Assembly (NCBI GenBank): GCA_973851085.1
Contig: OZ316775.1
Coordinates: forward strand, 6,448,001 to 6,512,000
Reading direction: 5' to 3'
Origin: Ptychomitrium polyphyllum
Lineage: Eukaryota
DNA length: 64,000 nt
Position numbers and translations under genes: made by a program. Every line of letters begins with the position of its first letter. Positions within the stretch are counted from its first letter, which is position 1. The notes below the pieces were generated by a model. That model worked only from the letters and a program-made list of their open reading frames with translations, was not told the origin of the DNA and searched no databases. This document shows positions 38,075 through 50,209 of this stretch, piece by piece.

Positions 38075-40040
38075 TTTCAAATCCAACACGAAATGGAGAA
38101 ACTGCTCCTCTTGAGCGCAAGCTTCAGGGCTCCATGCTCAGAACTTCCTCCCAAAACTAAGATATTCTATGTCCTTCGTAGATCTGATAAACTCACGTGC
38201 AAGCGACCGGAAGACGACGTCCCATGTACTCAGCCCATACTGATGTCTTACCAGGGTGATACCCGAGAGCGTACCTGGAGTATTGTATCAGAGGACTACG
38301 CTGTAAGCGTGTCGAAGCTCCTTGTGTTCAATTTCGAAGCGATCATTTGCTCTTGCTGCGGAAGAATCCGAAGAGAGGGATTTTGGCTACTGCTTGAGAT
38401 TTTGGCAATCAAGTCCTCTTTCATGATGTTGACATTCATTCCGGAGAAATTTTCTAGACGAGTCAGGTCTCGATGTGCAGTTTAGAGGCAAGTACAACTG
38501 CTGACATTGATCTGTGCAGGAATCTGGTTGATTTTGCTCGTGGAGAAGACAAAACATTTGAGCTCAAACACATGGGTATTTTAGGCAGAGGACAAGTCAC
38601 GGGAGAAGATGGGAGGACATTAAAATATTGTTTTGGTGAGTGTCTTGTGGGACAAGGTTTAAAAGCCAACATGAAAAAATTATGGGATAATTTTTAAAAT
38701 AGTTATAGGTGAACAAAGTATCAAGCCCAATGGAACAAGGTGACAAGACAAGAACATAGGAAGACAATGTGAAAATTTCAAAAACCATTCTTAGGCAAAT
38801 AAAATACAAAGTTTGTTCAGAAATATACCATGACCATTATGTATCCACGTTGCATTGTATAGTATATAATTCCAACATTATTTTATTTTATTTTTAATTT
38901 TTTTTGCGTGTTCTTTTGGTCTTAAGCCAAGGATATGCAAAAAAAAAATTATTCTTGTTTTTACTCTCTTGGTGGTCTGAAAAAGTATTATTATATTAAA
39001 TGTTATCCATTGAGAAAGTCATCATTTACCGACATATGCAACAAAGCTGATAATGGTAACTTTTGTATTAAAAAGGAATATAAAGACTTTTTAGAAATAT
39101 GATAGGCTAAATATTTATGTAAGCCAATTTTTTGGATTTTTTTCAAAAAAAAAGTTTTGAAGGTGTGTTTGAATAAGTAAGTCCACATTTATCTATTCAT
39201 ATAATTTATTGGAACCGATTTTGAGCAAAAAAAACACATTTATATAAAACTTTTGTATTTTAATAAATGATAAAATTACCATCACTTTATATATATTGGG
39301 CCTAAATGATAGTATAAGCATGATTATTAATTTACATGAAATAGCAATAATTATTACCTATACTATTTTAAAAGATATATTTAAAGCAATCAAAATTGTA
39401 TTATAATCATTAGTGTTTGAAGAATCAACATTAGTAGAAATCAAGCAAATTTCTACAAAATTTGAAGTTTTGAATAATATACCATACATTCTTATTGGAA
39501 TTGATTATAGTCACATTTTAATAATTGCACTTTTGCACAGTCCTATTTTACATTAATAAAGGAAAGAATTCTATTTTATTTATTATTAAAAAAATTTAAT
39601 TCAAAGTGCAAATTTTTAAATTATCATTAAAAATATACCAATAGAATATAGAATTGGGCCATATTTTAATAAATAAAATTTGTAAAATAACTTGATAGAA
39701 ATTCATTTTATTATAGAAATTCATAATAGATGTTATATATTCTATGCCAAATGTAATTTATTGTCTTTTCAAAAGAAAAAAAGAAAGATTATCAATAAAA
39801 AAGGCTTTTTGAATTTATCCAATTTAAATGTACTATATGGCAATTGTGTGTGTATTTAGAATTTTGAAGGAAAATAAACAATTTTATATAAAAGAATTGA
39901 CATGCTTTTATGAAAAGGTTGTAGAAGCCATTCTACTGAGTTTTAAATCCTACCAATAATACTTTTGCCAAATTACTTAAATTGGCTTCAAAACGGAGCT
40001 AAATAAAAGCAAAAGAGATGCCTAATAGGCCTCTAGCAAA

Positions 40041-40623
40041 TGTTAGGGACGCAAGAAACAAGAAGCAAAAACGAAGTGTTTCCCAAGAATTAGCTTCCAA
40101 AGAGCTAATGATTAACAAGAACTTGATACAAAGACTAGAGCAAGGCAAGATTCAAGATGATCCACAACTTGTGTTGGCAAGACTAAGGAATACCTTGTCT
40201 TGCCTCTTATTTATACTATGATGTTTGTATCTCCTAGGATACTTCTAAAGAAGCTTCGTACAAGGCTTAAAAATGTTCTGGAAGTCTAAAGAACCTTCTC
40301 AAGAAGTTTCTTGAGATGTTGGAACCTTCATAAGAGGCTTCCAAGGAGTTGAAATCTTCCTTGGAAGTTTCCTAAGGTAGCGGAACCTTCTTAGGAAGTT
40401 TCCTAAAGAAGTAGAATCTTCCTAGGAAGTTTCCTAAAGAAGTAGAATCTTCCTAGGAAGTTTCCTAAGAGGTTACTTAAGATGATAGAACCTTTCTAGG
40501 AAGTTTCTTAAGAACATAGAAAGACTATGGAGACATCTAGAAGTATTCAAAGAAGCTATTGTAGTATACTAGAAGGTTCTAGAATGTTCTAAGGACTATG
40601 TTGCATGATCTATATCTGTGACA
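40041..40623 (-). mobile_element. Solo LTR of the element C family
   Basis: Reverse complement of the 22300-22779 LTR with expanded internal ggaaacttcc-type subrepeats; flanks GCAAA/GTAAA are a 5-bp TSD with one transition. Confidence 0.9.
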
Positions 40624-42577
40624 GTAAAGGCACCAAAGGCATTTCAATCTTTTTGAATTTTTTTTAAAATCAAATTTTTGTAGATTTAAAAATATACCTT
40701 ATTTTTTACTAATTTTTCCAATTTCTCACTCTCACTTCTAATGAAATGCAATTAAATTTTTAACATTGTTATATCTACTTTTTCAATGCCTTATCTTCTT
40801 CTTTTCTTTTAAATTTTTAAATTTTTTGCTGATTTCTTAAGTAAATTTTTTTAACAAAATACTTTTAAAAAAAATTAGGAATTTCATAATTTGTACTTCT
40901 TCATCTTTTTCAACTTCAACTTTAACTTTAAGCCTTCTTTATCCTCTAACATCAATACCACAAATTCTTTATTAGACTAAATTTTTTCATGAAGTTTTTA
41001 TTAATAGCATTTGAAGGCAAATAAAATATTCTAAAAGCACTTTATTATTTTTAAAAAGGAACACAAAAAAAATTTACTACCCACAAATTCATCTCTTTTA
41101 TTACAAAAAAAAAGGATTTATGAGATTACTTATTTTGAATCAGAAGTAAGCAAATATATTACAAAAATGAATTTTTCTTTCCAAATCTTTAAAAAACCTT
41201 GTACACAAACAAAAAAGGAAATGAAAGCTTCAATAACTAGGTTTTTATTCAACTAACACTTTCATCACACAATTGAAATTTGAAAAGATAAATATTATTT
41301 TAAATCAAAGAAGGTTGGTCTTGTAAACAAGCACCTAAGTTGTCATTCCAAGAGCGTTGTCATTCCAAGAGCGTTCTCAAAATGGTCAAGGAGAGAAGAT
41401 TCTCTCACAATAGTTATTACTATGTGGGCAGTCACTTCATTTTTTTATCCATCTTGAAATTGCTTGTCCATTGGGCGACCTTTACAAGGATTAAAACTCT
41501 ACATGATACTTGTAAATTTTGACCAATCATATTTCCTTAATAAGGCAGAAATCTCTAGAATCTCTTGTCCCGTGCACGGCGGTTCTAGGCGGTTCTAGGC
41601 TCAATGCATGTGGTACTGTTATGTTACTGTTGTGCGCGTTGTGCGCGACAGTGGAAAACTATGTTTTATTAAGTGCGATGCTCGTACACTAGTTGGTGGC
41701 TTGGCTATCCTTGTAGACAGGAACTCAAAGCTTGCTCCGATTTCTTCCGCCACACTGCATTCATTATTCTATTGAAAAGTTTAATTGTACTGTTTAATAC
41801 AGCGGTGTACTCCGACGCGTGGAGATTCCAGTTTCTAATCAGATCGGGGGCAGACGAAAGGCCGACTATGGTGCCTCCTGTCGTGTGGATTGAAATCTTA
41901 GATCGAAGTTTGCGATGTTCTTTGGAGGTACTCATAGTGCATCAACTGCAGTGGCTTTGTTATTGGGTCATTGGTTATTGGGTTATGCTGCAGTATCCGG
42001 AAGACTAACTAACTGCAGAGGAGAACGAGGAAGGAAGGGAGAAGAAGCGGGAGCTAGAGGCTAGCGGTGGTTCGGACGTCCCTGCTGAAGGCTTGAATGT
42101 AAACGTGATCAATGTTTCTGACCCATGTTGCGTTTCCCCACATTGTCAAACGGAAGTTGATGTTCAACAGCCGTTCTCGCTCAACACCTTCATTATACGA
42201 GACGGAACGAAGATTCAGAGGTTCGTGTTGTGTCAGTTGAAAAGTTTGTGAGGTGTTAAGATATGCTTTGATTCTTTGAGAGAGAGAGAGAGAGCTGGGT
42301 TAGGGCATTGAATGTTTTACCTGGTGTGATCGGCGGTATTTTTAGCAAGTGTCTGAAGGACTGAGTTACGAACTAGCGCTTGCGTGACTTTGAAGAAGAA
42401 AGGCGAGTTTTTAGAGTAAGAAATTTAGTGAGCGCAAACGGAGCCACTGTTAGACCGAGCATACATTCCTTTTTCTCCATTTCGTCTTTTCTATTTGATT
42501 TGGCTGTGATTATTGATCATCGCCGGTCTTAAAGAAGGGTTTCTTGGTCTTCAAGGCCAAGAGAAGAGGATTTTCGA

Positions 42578-43837
42578 ATGACTATATTAAGTGACCACGT
42601 GCTTTCCATCATTAACTGGATACAAGCCAGCTACGCGGTGTGGCAGTTTATCCGGGTAGCTAAGTTTTTCAAGCTACCGTATGCCTTCACATCCAGCTTG
42701 TGGAATGATGGAATCGGAGCCACCTTTCCTAAAACCAGGACGGTTATCCTGATGACCTATGACATGAATGAAGTCGACGGGTTTGACCAGGTTGATAGAA
42801 ACACGTTGGATGACCTTTTGACTCGAACCTACGAATTTTCAATGTCTTCTGAAAATGTGAACTTCAAGGTGGATGGAACTAGGTATAACCTTCTCCTCAC
42901 TTCTCAGCCTCTGAATGTGCTGGAGCTGTGGTTATACTACAGGGAGAAGCAGTATCCGACCGTCTCTGACAAGGCGTACTTGGCCAGAAGTTGTTACTAC
43001 TTCCGAGCAAAAAGTGTTCAAGAATGTATTGACCACATAGTGGCTGACGGGTATTTCTGTGTACAAGAGTACACCTGCATTGTTGACCAAAGCTCTACAG
43101 ATGTGTTGAACCAGAACTTCCTCCGCATATTGAGCATTGGCCCCTTAATGTTGCAGGCGAGGAACTTAGGATTTGCATCAGCTGTGTTCAGTGGTTTTGT
43201 GGTTCTGCTGGATATTCTTAACTATTTTGCTAATCAACTATGGAAGTTTATAAGAGAGGGGCTAATCATTAGCATTAAGTACTTCTTTAGCGCTTTCCCT
43301 CAGGCTGTGCGACTGGAATGCATTGGTATATTATCGAGTGCAACAGAGAAATTCCGATACAGTGATGACAGCAGAAATAAAATTTACCGGAAGAAGCTGG
43401 GCCTGTTTGTTATCGACTATTCTCGAAGCAAGTTCATACCGAAGAATTGCGAAGTGAAACCCTTGTATGAAAGTGGATTGGTCCCCCAAGCCTACTGTGA
43501 TTCATTGCCAGTAACAGGTTCTAAGTCTTACTCAATTAGTGGCCAACTAATCACCGTTAAACACGAGTTCGGTGTAAATGATAGAAACTTCCCTGTGTGC
43601 AATCTTTACATCAATGGGGCAGGAAGGGACATCATCAAGAGGGACGAAAATAGAAATTCTGTGTACTATGTTCACAAGTTCTTATCACAGCTGGAAGAAG
43701 TCGGACTATATCCAGTCACTTCAAATTCCGGCACAAAGCTTATTGTCTGCAACCCTCTGGATATGATCCAGAACAAAAGTCTCAGAGGAGTGAGAGTTGT
43801 TCACCTCCAAAAGCCCTCATTGTTCACGATAACATGA
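42578..43837 (+). CDS. Intronless hypothetical protein, 419 aa, possible membrane segments; family not recognised
   Basis: Uninterrupted 1260-nt ATG-initiated ORF with protein-like composition, hydrophobic stretches at the N-terminus and around FASAVFSGFVVLLDILNYF, and a (GA)n tract upstream at ~42278-42294. Confidence 0.65.
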   Translation: MTILSDHVLSIINWIQASYAVWQFIRVAKFFKLPYAFTSSLWNDGIGATFPKTRTVILMTYDMNEVDGFDQVDRNTLDDLLTRTYEFSMSSENVNFKVDGTRYNLLLTSQPLNVLELWLYYREKQYPTVSDKAYLARSCYYFRAKSVQECIDHIVADGYFCVQEYTCIVDQSSTDVLNQNFLRILSIGPLMLQARNLGFASAVFSGFVVLLDILNYFANQLWKFIREGLIISIKYFFSAFPQAVRLECIGILSSATEKFRYSDDSRNKIYRKKLGLFVIDYSRSKFIPKNCEVKPLYESGLVPQAYCDSLPVTGSKSYSISGQLITVKHEFGVNDRNFPVCNLYINGAGRDIIKRDENRNSVYYVHKFLSQLEEVGLYPVTSNSGTKLIVCNPLDMIQNKSLRGVRVVHLQKPSLFTIT

Positions 43838-44005
43838 TCAGAGGCAGATGTAACGTGTATAGAATCTACTCCATATTTTAAAAGCTTACTACTCTACGCT
43901 TGTCCTAACCATCCGATCCGAGTGATTTATCTAACTTTAAAACGTAATTCTCACCACGATCGTCCCAGAATACAACTTTGAACATTTCTGCTTTAACAGA
44001 AAGGG

Positions 44006-47000
44006 TGCAGTACAGAGAATTGACGAGGTCCGCAAGGTGGTGGATATTTTGGAACTGCTTGAGAGTGGATTTGTGAAGCAGAAATTGAATGCAGTGAAAG
44101 GGCAAGCATGCTCCAGGGACGCGCTGATATATGGCGGCTCGCCGTTCGAGGGCATTCATTTGGTAGCTCTACTGCTATTGTTGCTTGTGGGTTGGACAAA
44201 ATACTCGAATGCTGCATCGCTGAAGAGGCGTGGTGGCAACCAATAGGGCGAGTAGTTTACACATCACACTCTATAACATGACATGATCCCTGATTGCAAA
44301 ACTGCCAAGGTACCGAATTGCCCCTTGCTTGCTTTAATACGATAAATCACATAATCAAAAAAGAAGATAAAGAGGCTGGATTGTTTGCCTTTTATGACCA
44401 ACAACGACACTGCCTTGGAGCTATGAATGCAGCTGGACTTCGACAGACTAGCTGGAAAGGCTGCCCTGCTTCTTGTCAACACAGTTCTTGAGTGGGATGA
44501 TCCACGTCGCCTGCACAACCTGTTTCTCGAAGCGCGAAATGAAACCCAGCTTGACGAACAGCATTTGGTGACTGGACTGTTCACGATCAAGGTTGTTGAT
44601 AATTCTGTCCGCACGTTTCCGAGAGCTTTCAATTGGTAACACAGGGTACCTGCCACATGGATCGGTGCGACCCTCCCGTGTTGTGGCCGAGGACCTTCAA
44701 AGCTATAAATCACGTTCTCTGGGAGCCAGCTTGTGCATACATCGATTGAAAGCTGTTGCCATGCCTGCTCAGCCTTACTCGTGCTTATTGAAATGAACTT
44801 CGTAATTTGCTTGCAGATTGTCGGGCACAACGGACACTCAGCTTGTGAAAGATGTCAACAGCAAATCGTGCCTGAAGATGTTGCATCGAAACTGCTTGCC
44901 ACCTGGTTCGACCCCCAGTGATGGAAAACCTCTTGATTGCGTTCAAATTGTCCGTTTTTGAAGCCTCGATTTGCAAAATACTGGGAGAAGCAAACGAAGC
45001 TAACGTTGCAACTAAACCATGATAAATGAGTTGCTTTCAAGCATTTTCTACTAAATATCTCCTTTTTCAAACACAAACACAAAGATACACACAAGTATGA
45101 GTGTATACATATATATTATAATGTATGTCTATACGTATGTACACGTGATAAATTTGTTCATGGATGGTTTGCAAGGAAATGGCATCTAGTTAACCTTGGT
45201 TTCTTTAAAATCAAGTGGAGAGTTTACTTGAAGTTTGAATAGAATTTAGAAGATGGTGCACATGCTTGTTGGACTTTGATTCTATTAGTCAGATTCTACA
45301 TCCATTATGCTCTCATCCATGATGTTCTTGCTTTGGTGTTTGGTGTATTTGCAATTTACATATTTTTATTCCATTCATTGCAATTAACTCTGCTCTAATA
45401 GTTCTAAGAGAATAAAATGAAATACTCAAAATAATTGATTCAATGTCATTTGTATAACAAATGTGAGGGACTTCTATATTGTAAACTAATCATATTTTGA
45501 ACCACACTTATCAATAACATTTTGAAAACCCTACATTTATAAATGTATATGAAAATGAAGTGCTTTCTTCAATATGAATCATTTTTTTGAAGCAAATTAG
45601 AAGAGGTTTGTATATGTGTCCAAATCCATCTAAACAATGAATGTTTCATCTTAAATTGGTATTTACATGAAAATTATGTAAAATCTAATTGCACTACAAT
45701 TAAACAAAAAAAAAAGGAAAATAAACACAATTCATTTTCTAACTTAGTTAACAACATCAAGGATTTTGGTTACATAAGCTATGACAATGGATTCATTACA
45801 AAAGTGATGAATTAAGCAACAATCTTCTTATCCTTACATTATAAAAATAGATATCACCCACTATAAACTTACCTCAAGTTAAATACCAATGAACTTCCTA
45901 TTTTCAAGTAAAGCTAACTTCCAATATCAAGCACAACACAACAACAACTATGGATTCTAAACATTTACAAAACAAATTTCTACTACTAGATGTCAAACTT
46001 TCTTTGTTCAAGAAAGTACAAGGTCAAAACATTGTGTTATTTACATAATTGACGACCTTAAACATACGTAAATAGGAGAATAAAAAATCAATGATTTATT
46101 ATTGCAATGACATCCTAAAAACCTTGGATTTATAATCATCTTTGGTATCTAATACACATTATAAAGATACAACAAACATGCAACTAAAGTTAGCAAATAA
46201 AGGAAACACATCCACCCAGTTTACACACTGTTAAACCATGTCAAAAACAAACACTCATAAAAAATTAGTTGGTAACCACACCAACCCTTACTTCATCCCT
46301 GCATTCTGACTGCGACATCACCAACAAATCTTCAGAGAGCCGTGGTGCATGAGAACTCCCGGGAAGGAAATGAGGAGTGATGCAGACAACGCTGGAACCG
46401 TAAGCTGGTGAGAGAGGGGAATTGAGATTACCAGCGTGGTTGGCAAACTCGCACTGGGGCACATGATGAGAGGGTTCGGTGAACACAGCGCTGTGCTGTG
46501 GTGAATTTTCTGAGAGGGGAGGGACAGTGGATGGATAATGCGCCCACGGCACACGCGCATACCAGCCAATGAGGGCCCTGCGCCAATCAGGCGGCTTTAT
46601 CTTGCCGAGGCGGAGGCTTTTCATCCGGGGTCTGTGCGTCGGGGCGAATGAGGGATGGCCCGAGCGCAGCAGCGCGTCTCCTCCACTCGCGTTGCAGCGC
46701 AAGATATCCCTTTGCGCAATCCTCAGCTTCATCCTGACTGCCCCACCCGCCGAACATATGCCACTTACGATTCAAGGGGCAGCCAACCGAGCGGGGGAAT
46801 CACTGAGCATTCTATTTCCATTTTGCAGCTGTGCGAAGCAGCGGCAGGCAGCAGACTGAGCTGTGAAACGGCCAACCGGCAGCCATGGCTCAAGCTTTGA
46901 GGAGCGCCAGCATCGCGTCGTCGTTCTGCGGGACGAGCGAGTTCGTGGGCTCGGTCGAGCGCTTGGGAGTGCAGAACGGCGCCCGCGTGGTGGCTAGGTT

Positions 47001-49941
47001 CGCCTCAGGCACCAAGAAGGTGAAGCAGGCCGCCAGGACCGTGCAGAAGAAGGTCTCCGGCGCCGGCGCGAACAGGCCGCTGTGGTTCCCAGGCGCCAAG
47101 GCCCCCGAGTGGCTGGACGGGTCGCTCCCCGGAGACTATGGCTTCGACCCCCTGTCGCTGGGCAAGAGCCCCGAGTACCTGCAGATCGAGTTGGACTCGC
47201 TGAACCAGAACTTGGCGAAGAACGAGGCCGGAGATGTGATCGGGAGCCGCGTGTCGAAGAAGGCGGAGATCAACCCGACGCCGTTCCAGCCCTACAGCGA
47301 GGTGTTCGGCTTGCAGCGGTTCAGGGAATGCGAGCTTATCCACGGGCGATGGGCCATGCTTGCCATCTTGGGAGCCCTGTCAGTGGAGGCCTTAACCGGC
47401 GTGACATGGCAAGATGCCGGAAAGGTGAGTGACATTGCGAATTGTGCTGGACTTCTGATTTGCGCAGTTTCTCCGTGGAAGAATGTGCATCTCTGGCTGG
47501 CGCTTGCATGTTGCAGAGTGGCTGTGGCCGGTGTGTCGAGTATCATTTCTTAGCGGGCGCGGCAATGTGGCCATGGCAATGTCAATCCTCTGCACACTTG
47601 TATGGTGGTTTCAGTAATCCGCCTATGGTTCTGGCTGCCTCGCTATAGTTTCTCTCTCCATTGCTTTGGTTGTACGGAGATCCGATTCATGGGGCTCTCG
47701 AGGCCACTAGCATTTTCGAGTAACCCTTTAGGTATTCGCTGTGGACGTGCCGGGTGACTCACAAGACGGGCACCGTTTGCTATGATGATGCGTGCAGGTT
47801 GAGTTGGTGGACGGTGCGTCGTACTTCGGCTTGCCGCTGCCATTCAGCATCACCAGCCTGGTGTACATCGAGGCGCTGTTGGTGGGAGGCATCGAGTTCT
47901 TTAGGAACTCGGAGTTGGACCCCGAGAGGCGTCTGTACCCCGGCGGCAAGTACTTCGACCCCTTGAAGCTGGCCGACGACCCCGAGAAGAAGGAGGTCTT
48001 GAAATTAGCCGAAATTAAGCACGCTAGGTTGGCCATGGTTGCCGCTCTCGGCTTCGCCGTCCAGGCTGCCGCGACAGGAAAGGGACCCCTGGACAACTGG
48101 GCCACTCACCTCGCCGATCCCCTGCACACCACCATCTTCGACACCTTCTCGAAGTGATCTGTTTAGTTTGTTGCAGTTTGTAGCCGAAACGTCAATCCCC
48201 CTGTCAAAGTTTTCCTGTAAGCACGCAATGTAATATTACTCAATTTTCCACCGACTACGGGCGTCGTCTGTCTTTGGTCTATGCATGTGATCAGACAGCT
48301 GCCATTGGAGTGGGTTTTTCGCGTATGTGAGGCTTTGGCGTGGCAGTCTCTGATGTTATTGGCATCTGCCCTCGCCTCTGTTATACGCTGCTGTTGCGGG
48401 CGTCTTGTGATCGGTCTTGCAAATCAGTGCGACCTTACTCAAATTTATGTAAGGCCGTCTGGAATGGCGCATATGAATTTTTGATTAGTCTGGAATGCTC
48501 GTGATCCTGCTTGTGGTTCAGTGCTCTGCAATTCAAGTATCCAGATTGTCTGTAGTCCCACACTGGTCGTAATAAGACGTCCGTTATAAGCCATATCTGT
48601 TTGCAGGTGTTAATCATACTCATCCACTGGTTTTTGCTGATCAGCCTGCGATAAGTAAATTGTATTGAACAAATCAGTAAGTAGCCAGGACCGCTGCCGG
48701 GTCAATGGAGAACGTTCATCCAGGGCAGCGATCGGAGCGCGGAAACATCTGGTTATTCCGATTGCGGGTCTGATTCAACCTCATCCCTCATGCGCGGTTC
48801 ACGATTGCCTCTGCTGCCGCAGATGCGTTTGTGTTTTCAGCCTCGAGCGTTTCATGTGAAAGGATGTCTATGTGAATGCCTAGTTCCTCACCTTGATAAT
48901 TATGCTGTGTATTTTGCTAGGTAGTAGTAGGAAGTTGGGTCCGACTTTTTCACTGGTCATTAAGTTTCTTGAATGAACATCTGAATACTGGATGCGCCGT
49001 CTTTTATTGTGTTGAATCTGTTTTATTACAAAATATCTGTTTTCGGTATCTATGTTTTTTTGTTTTTCAGTGAATTGAAATGATACGAATGTGGTGTAAA
49101 TCATGCTTAAGACAAAATGTTTGAAGGCATAGGAGTGTGATCCGATGTAGAGTTGGACAAGTTGAAAATAATTTGGTAATAACCACTGTTGTACCTTTTG
49201 CAGAGATTGCAAGAAGGGCAAGGTGAACGACGTTGAGCAATGCTTCTCAATTTGCACTAGAGGAAAACGTGCTAGATGATAAATGGTTCAGTTCTCTCTT
49301 TTGTGTACTGTTTTTAAGTAGTACATGTATACATAATACAGCTACCATGTTTTATTTTGGTGTTGCACAAAGTGTATGAACTCTCATATATTTTCCATCA
49401 TTTATAATTTGATTGATGGTCCTAGTCATGTAGATGGAATAAAATTGCTTTGTAGTAAAAGAACAAAGACTTGATAGCATAGTTGGGTTGTTTGTAGTCA
49501 CACAAAATAAATAAGAGCAAAATGTTTGAAGCATTATTGATAATTTGATAGATTTAAGTTAGGAGTAGGTTGTACAAAGTTAGTACAAAACTTAGAGCTT
49601 GCTTTACGTGTGCAAACGTGATTGAAAGAGGTGTAAGGATACCACTAGTTACTTTTGACTTTGACTTGATATACAAAGACTTTGCAAACTACACTCATTA
49701 AACATCTATTTTAATAAATTATAAGATTTACTTTATACTAATTATCTCAAATCCTTTACTATACAAGCACTTGAACTAACTCATCAAACAAACTCTCTAA
49801 ACACTACTAGTCTAATAGGGCACTTGTCCTCACAACTATTGAACAAAGCAAAGAAAATAATCATCATTCAAGACATGCTACTAGAGGAAAGCAAAATAAA
49901 TAGAATGAATCCTCTCATTCTAAATTGTTGCTTCACTCTAA
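44006..49941 (+). repeat. Left arm of ~5.9 kb near-perfect inverted duplication
   Basis: Positions mirror as x <-> 100150-x; all ORF-track translations lying inside the arms are identical; homology ends at 44006/56144. Confidence 0.97.
46885..48157 (+). CDS. LHCB4: Chlorophyll a/b-binding protein CP29 (Lhcb4); exons 46885-47424, 47798-48157
   Basis: [27 protein letters not shown], the CP29-specific insert [45 protein letters not shown], and [22 protein letters not shown]...TGCAG|GTT intron. Confidence 0.97.
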
Positions 49942-49994
49942 GGTAAAATGATGTCTATAGAAATGCCACGTTCAATCACAATTGAATCACGGTT

Positions 49995-50094
49995 NNNNNN
50001 NNNNNNNNNNNNNNNNNNNNNNNNNNNNNNNNNNNNNNNNNNNNNNNNNNNNNNNNNNNNNNNNNNNNNNNNNNNNNNNNNNNNNNNNNNNNNN
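49995..50094. other. Assembly gap (100 N) whose flanks overlap
   Basis: 49945-49994 is repeated at 50095-50143 with one A difference. Confidence 0.95.
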
Positions 50095-50209
50095 AAAATG
50101 ATGTCTATAGAAATGCCACGTTCAATCACATTGAATCACGGTTGAATCACATTTGCACCACAAAATGATGTGGTCCAAACAATTGCATTTACATAAACAT
50201 TATTTTACG

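Noticed and set aside
38473..38697. 74-aa ORF upstream of the PDI gene
   Set aside because: No ATG start, no recognisable family, borders AT-rich decayed DNA.
44733..44921. SCCHAC motif suggesting a zinc-dependent deaminase
   Set aside because: No upstream HxE motif found in frame; too weak to call.
46265..47595. Many overlapping or antisense ORFs around Lhcb4 (mirrored at 52.5-53.9 kb)
   Set aside because: Shadow ORFs of GC-rich coding and promoter DNA.
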